Below, piece by piece: positions 46,134 to 49,568 of a DNA stretch of 49,568 bases. The translations under genes and the position numbers were made by a program. The DNA is from a virus. Lineage: Duplodnaviria; Caudoviricetes. The DNA is taken from positions 1 through 49,568 of IMG/VR virus record IMGVR_UViG_3300044670_001468. One strand, written 5' to 3'. The notes under the pieces were generated by a model that saw only the letters and a list, made by a program, of their open reading frames with translations, was not told the DNA's origin and did no database searches. The first letter of the stretch is position 1. The number at the start of each line of letters is the position of its first letter.

Positions 46134-47439
46134 ATTCATAATGGACATGGGTGGCCACAGTGGCAACCTAAAGTATTTAACGGATCGCTTTCCACATGCC
46201 AAGGTTTTGCGTTGGACCACGCATCTTAATTGCATGCGTAAGGCCGCCAAGCAGAGTCGCACCCGAGCATTTTGGTTGATCGGTTCATGCTGTGTCTATG
46301 ACAATTTTGATTTCCTTTGGGAACCTGTTCCGTGGGAACAGTATCAGATACACTGTTGGGCCAGCAAGGATCAGAAACTAGGTGACACATTCCTGATCCC
46401 CACCCAGAAGTTTCTAGAACAAGACCCAGAACGCATAGATCTATATCAGGACGTCAACTGGCACGCGGATGGTGTCAAAAGAGTGGATCCTGAGGTCGTG
46501 AGATACGAGGATGATGACATTATAAGGGCATCTAAAACGCACATAAACACGCCTTACGCCATAGTTTGTAAACATTGGACACACGATTACCAAGAACCAC
46601 AATTATGGGACAATCCCTGCATCATTAACTTGAATCCCAGCAAATCAGCATCGATAGTGCCTAGGACTGCTACCAGTTACATTGATCAGCAGATGTATGA
46701 TTATCCTCACTTGGCAACGGACATCGTATTGCCCGACACACCATTGGATGTGGTGTTCATTGAAAATGGTGAGGTGAATGCAGAAGAGAACTATCTACAT
46801 CTTGAACAAATACTCAAGGAAAAATCCAATAAATTGCACCGTGTGACCAACGTAAAGGGTCGTGTCGCCGCTTATCAGGCCGCGGCTAAGGTCAGTAGCA
46901 CCCCGTGGTTCTTTTCGGTGTTTGCGAAGCTTAAAATAGATGAGAATTTTGATTGGTCATGGCAACCAGACTATTGGCAGGGACCGAAACATTACATATT
47001 CCATGCCCGTAATCCAATAAATGGTCTTGAATACGGACACATGGCCATGATTGCCTACAATAAGAACTTGGTATTATCCAACACGGCAGAGGGATTGGAC
47101 TTTACATTAGATCAGGCACATGAAGTGGTTCCCATATTGTCAGGCGTTGCCAACTATGCTGATGATGAGTTCATGGCATGGCGCTCAGCGTTCCGTGAGG
47201 TCATCAAATTAAAACGCATGTCAGACCTAAGTGCTGACATCGAGACAGAATACAGATTGAAGGTTTGGTTGACCCGTGGTGATGGCATCAAGGGTGAATG
47301 GTCAAAGCAGGGTGCTCTAGATGCTAGTTATTATTACGATGAGGTCCGTGGTGACTTTGATAAGTTGAAACTCAGTTACGACTGGGCGTGGCTCAACGAC
47401 CGCTACAATTACCTACATGGAGAATCACATAGTCGCTGA
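46123..47439 (+). CDS. tandem degenerate GT-A-like protein, paralog of 32661-33563
   Basis: C-terminal half DVVFI..GE..AEENY...RV.NVKG..AAYQAAA..S.T.WFF.VFAK, HARNPINGLEYG and AWRSAFRE aligns by eye with the 32661 protein. Confidence 0.62.
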   Translation: MFDIFIMDMGGHSGNLKYLTDRFPHAKVLRWTTHLNCMRKAAKQSRTRAFWLIGSCCVYDNFDFLWEPVPWEQYQIHCWASKDQKLGDTFLIPTQKFLEQDPERIDLYQDVNWHADGVKRVDPEVVRYEDDDIIRASKTHINTPYAIVCKHWTHDYQEPQLWDNPCIINLNPSKSASIVPRTATSYIDQQMYDYPHLATDIVLPDTPLDVVFIENGEVNAEENYLHLEQILKEKSNKLHRVTNVKGRVAAYQAAAKVSSTPWFFSVFAKLKIDENFDWSWQPDYWQGPKHYIFHARNPINGLEYGHMAMIAYNKNLVLSNTAEGLDFTLDQAHEVVPILSGVANYADDEFMAWRSAFREVIKLKRMSDLSADIETEYRLKVWLTRGDGIKGEWSKQGALDASYYYDEVRGDFDKLKLSYDWAWLNDRYNYLHGESHSR

Positions 47440-48502
47440 TATATTCAACTTCTGTGTCAGTCAATTCGGGATAGAAAGGTAAACTCAGAACTCTCCTGCT
47501 TAGGCTACTAGCCACACTGAGCAATCCTGGATTGTCGTAGTGTTGATATGGCTCCATTTCGTGCAGGGCTCTCTCATAGTGCATCTTACATTCGATGCCA
47601 TCGTTGTGTAGTTTTTCCTTTACGGCGTTCCTGAAGTTGATGTCAATGACGAACTTTTGGAATGCGTGATAACTAAAATACTCTTTCTTGATCACTGGAC
47701 GTATTTCTTCTATGTATTCAAATGCGTCTAACCACCAGGCGGCGATCTTGCGTCTGCGGTCCTGCCATTCATCGATGTATTTTAGTTTGACCAATAATTG
47801 GGCGGCATCTGCCTCACTCATGCGTGAGTTAGTTCCAACTATTGACCAGTCAGGTTTGCCATTGTCTCTATACTTGCGGAACCAATTAGCGGCATCTGGA
47901 TCATGGGTAGCGATAGCACCACCGTTACCATAGTTGCCTAGGTTCTTCATTGGATCAAATGATATCGCTTTCATGACAGGATTGCTACCAAATGGTTCAC
48001 TTAGCCAATGTTGGGCGGCATCCTCCACCAGTATCTTCCAATGTGTCTTGCTACCATTGTCCCTGAACAGTTCTTCCCAAACGGGCGAGCCATACAGGCC
48101 AACGGTGCAGATCGCATCGTAGCTGTCATAGTCGGGTAATTTTGACATGTCCATGACACCATAACTGTCAGTGTCAACTATGATGGGTTCCCATCCTGCC
48201 TTGATCCAACTGTTGATGGTCGCAGGGTATGTCATCGCAGGTAAGCACACTCTAGGTTGTTCCACGTCTTGCTTAATGCCAAAACTATATCTGTGATACT
48301 CAGCGATCATTTGCAGTGCCTGTGTGCCTGAGTGGACGCATATGACGTGATCCATGCCTATGCGTTTGGCCACTTGTTCTTCCAATGCCTGTGTGTAAGG
48401 ACCGTTCATGTGTATACCTGAACGATATACCATGTCTGTGGCGTCCAGGATCTCATCTCTGATTGAGTCGTATTGTTTCCTAAGATTTATAAACGGTATC
48501 AT
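47393..48502 (-). CDS. DegT/DnrJ/EryC1/StrS family PLP-dependent sugar aminotransferase
   Basis: IPF.NL..QY, SGT.AL, EDAAQ, SFDPMKNLG.YG.GG (PLP lysine), NSRM.E and LSLP.YPEL. Confidence 0.93.
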   Translation of the reverse strand: MIPFINLRKQYDSIRDEILDATDMVYRSGIHMNGPYTQALEEQVAKRIGMDHVICVHSGTQALQMIAEYHRYSFGIKQDVEQPRVCLPAMTYPATINSWIKAGWEPIIVDTDSYGVMDMSKLPDYDSYDAICTVGLYGSPVWEELFRDNGSKTHWKILVEDAAQHWLSEPFGSNPVMKAISFDPMKNLGNYGNGGAIATHDPDAANWFRKYRDNGKPDWSIVGTNSRMSEADAAQLLVKLKYIDEWQDRRRKIAAWWLDAFEYIEEIRPVIKKEYFSYHAFQKFVIDINFRNAVKEKLHNDGIECKMHYERALHEMEPYQHYDNPGLLSVASSLSRRVLSLPFYPELTDTEVEYISDYVILHVGNCSGR

Positions 48503-49436
48503 ATACTGACTTCATCCAGTCCGTATATTTCCTACAGCCATCTTCAAAGTCCACCTCTGGCTTGTAGCCCAGATCATTCCTGGCCCTAGTGATGTCCAAT
48601 CTACCTCGGCTTGGGAAGTTCTGATCTCTATCCACTAGTTCTATCCGGCCCTTGCCCAAGAGCTCAACGACCTGTTTCGCGGCCATGTGCAGGGTAATGG
48701 GCTGTGATTCGCAACGTGTGATGTTGTAGATGTCATGTGGGCAGGACTTGGTTGAGGCCAGGGCTATGCCCTGTGCGGTGTCATTGACATAGGTGAAGTC
48801 CAATATCTCATCGGCACCCCTGACCTCTATTGTTTTCCCCCTCAGTGCGTTTAACACGAACTTGCTCAGCACGCGATCCTCAACATCACGGGGACCATAT
48901 ACGGCACTGGGACGTAGTATGACGTAGTTGAAATATTCCTTGTAGTCTTCCACTAACTTCTCGCCCATGTATTTCATTATGGCATACTGACCTCGTGGCT
49001 TACATTCCTGAGTCTCAGGAACTCGATCATCGAAGTCACCGTAGACCATGCTGGATGATATATAGACGAACTTGTTGGCTATGCCCTTTGATGCTTCTAA
49101 TAGATTGATCAATCCCGTGGTCATGACCTCTGATGCCACGCTGGGATTCTGTAGGACCACTTTCTGTCTTGGAAAACTTGCCAGATGTATCACGACCTCT
49201 GGTTGGAAATCATACAAACATTTTGCTACCAATGCTCGATCTCTGATGTCAATATGTCTGGTGGGGACCTGATTGCGTAGATCACCCTGGCGCAGTTGGA
49301 ACAACTTCATCATCTGATCCAATGGTATGAAGTCATAGTTGGTCATGGAGTCAATGACCATGACGTCATGTCCCTCGAGTTGCTTGACGACCTCGTGTCC
49401 TATGAAACCCAATCCACCACTAACCAATATTCTCAT
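48480..49436 (-). CDS. NAD-dependent NDP-sugar epimerase/dehydratase (extended SDR)
   Basis: MRILVSGGLGFIG, VIHLA, YISSSMVYG, YAIMK (YxxxK) and RPSAVYGP. ATG 49436 overlaps the upstream stop (ATGA). Confidence 0.93.
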   Translation of the reverse strand: MRILVSGGLGFIGHEVVKQLEGHDVMVIDSMTNYDFIPLDQMMKLFQLRQGDLRNQVPTRHIDIRDRALVAKCLYDFQPEVVIHLASFPRQKVVLQNPSVASEVMTTGLINLLEASKGIANKFVYISSSMVYGDFDDRVPETQECKPRGQYAIMKYMGEKLVEDYKEYFNYVILRPSAVYGPRDVEDRVLSKFVLNALRGKTIEVRGADEILDFTYVNDTAQGIALASTKSCPHDIYNITRCESQPITLHMAAKQVVELLGKGRIELVDRDQNFPSRGRLDITRARNDLGYKPEVDFEDGCRKYTDWMKSVYDTVYKS

Positions 49437-49567
49437 TTTTTGATCAACTTCCAATATGTCAATTGCTTTTCTGTCATGTTGCACCATAAGTGGACAACGA
49501 ATCCCATGTGATACTCATCACCAAGGGTTATAGTATACCACATGAGCTCATGATCACCACCACAGTT
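49433..49567 (-). CDS. C-terminal part of a hypothetical protein (start outside window)
   Basis: Open frame ...NCGGDHELMWYTITLGDEYHMGFVVHLWCNMTEKQLTYWKLIKK* whose TGA overlaps the epimerase ATG. Confidence 0.6.
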   Translation of the reverse strand, partial: NCGGDHELMWYTITLGDEYHMGFVVHLWCNMTEKQLTYWKLIKK

Positions 49568-49568
49568 C

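Noticed and set aside
46134-46262. N-terminal extension of the 44961 minus ORF given in the ORF track
   Set aside because: Antisense to the 46123 gene and not protein-like. ATG 46133 is preferred.
1-49568. CRISPR array, tRNA, DGR repeats, IS elements, stop-codon reassignment
   Set aside because: Coding density is near complete with very short gaps. I saw no nucleotide-level direct repeats, reverse transcriptase or transposase. TAA, TAG and TGA all end genes at sensible boundaries.

Overview
The window is part of a large T4-superfamily (myovirus-type) phage genome, read in the standard genetic code. No CRISPR array, tRNA, rRNA or IS element was visible to me. It has three blocks. (1) 1-3914, minus strand: late sigma factor gp55, gp47 and gp46 (truncated by the window edge), with an AT-rich radical SAM gene sitting between gp47 and gp46. 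(2) 4039-30446, plus strand: a baseplate/tail module with gp53-, hub-, gp5-, gp25- and gp6-like genes, a 4465-aa multi-domain virion protein and a tail fibre with an autoprocessing C-terminal chaperone. It is punctuated by T4-like late promoter boxes (NATAAATA), several placed so close to the ATG that leaderless mRNAs are implied. (3) 30529-49568: a ~19-kb tightly packed biosynthetic island directly behind the tail genes. It holds several glycosyltransferase-fold proteins (some with degenerate catalytic motifs), an SGNH protein, six tandem radical SAM enzymes with an N-terminal twitch-type Fe-S domain, a small Cys4 protein, a 33-aa basic peptide, a NodU/CmcH carbamoyltransferase, a DegT-type aminotransferase and an NDP-sugar epimerase. 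The best candidate for an undescribed system is this island: a phage-encoded, radical-SAM-rich sugar synthesis, tailoring and transfer pathway. Its target is plausibly the virion, but DNA or the host surface cannot be excluded. All family calls come from motif recognition by eye, without database searches.
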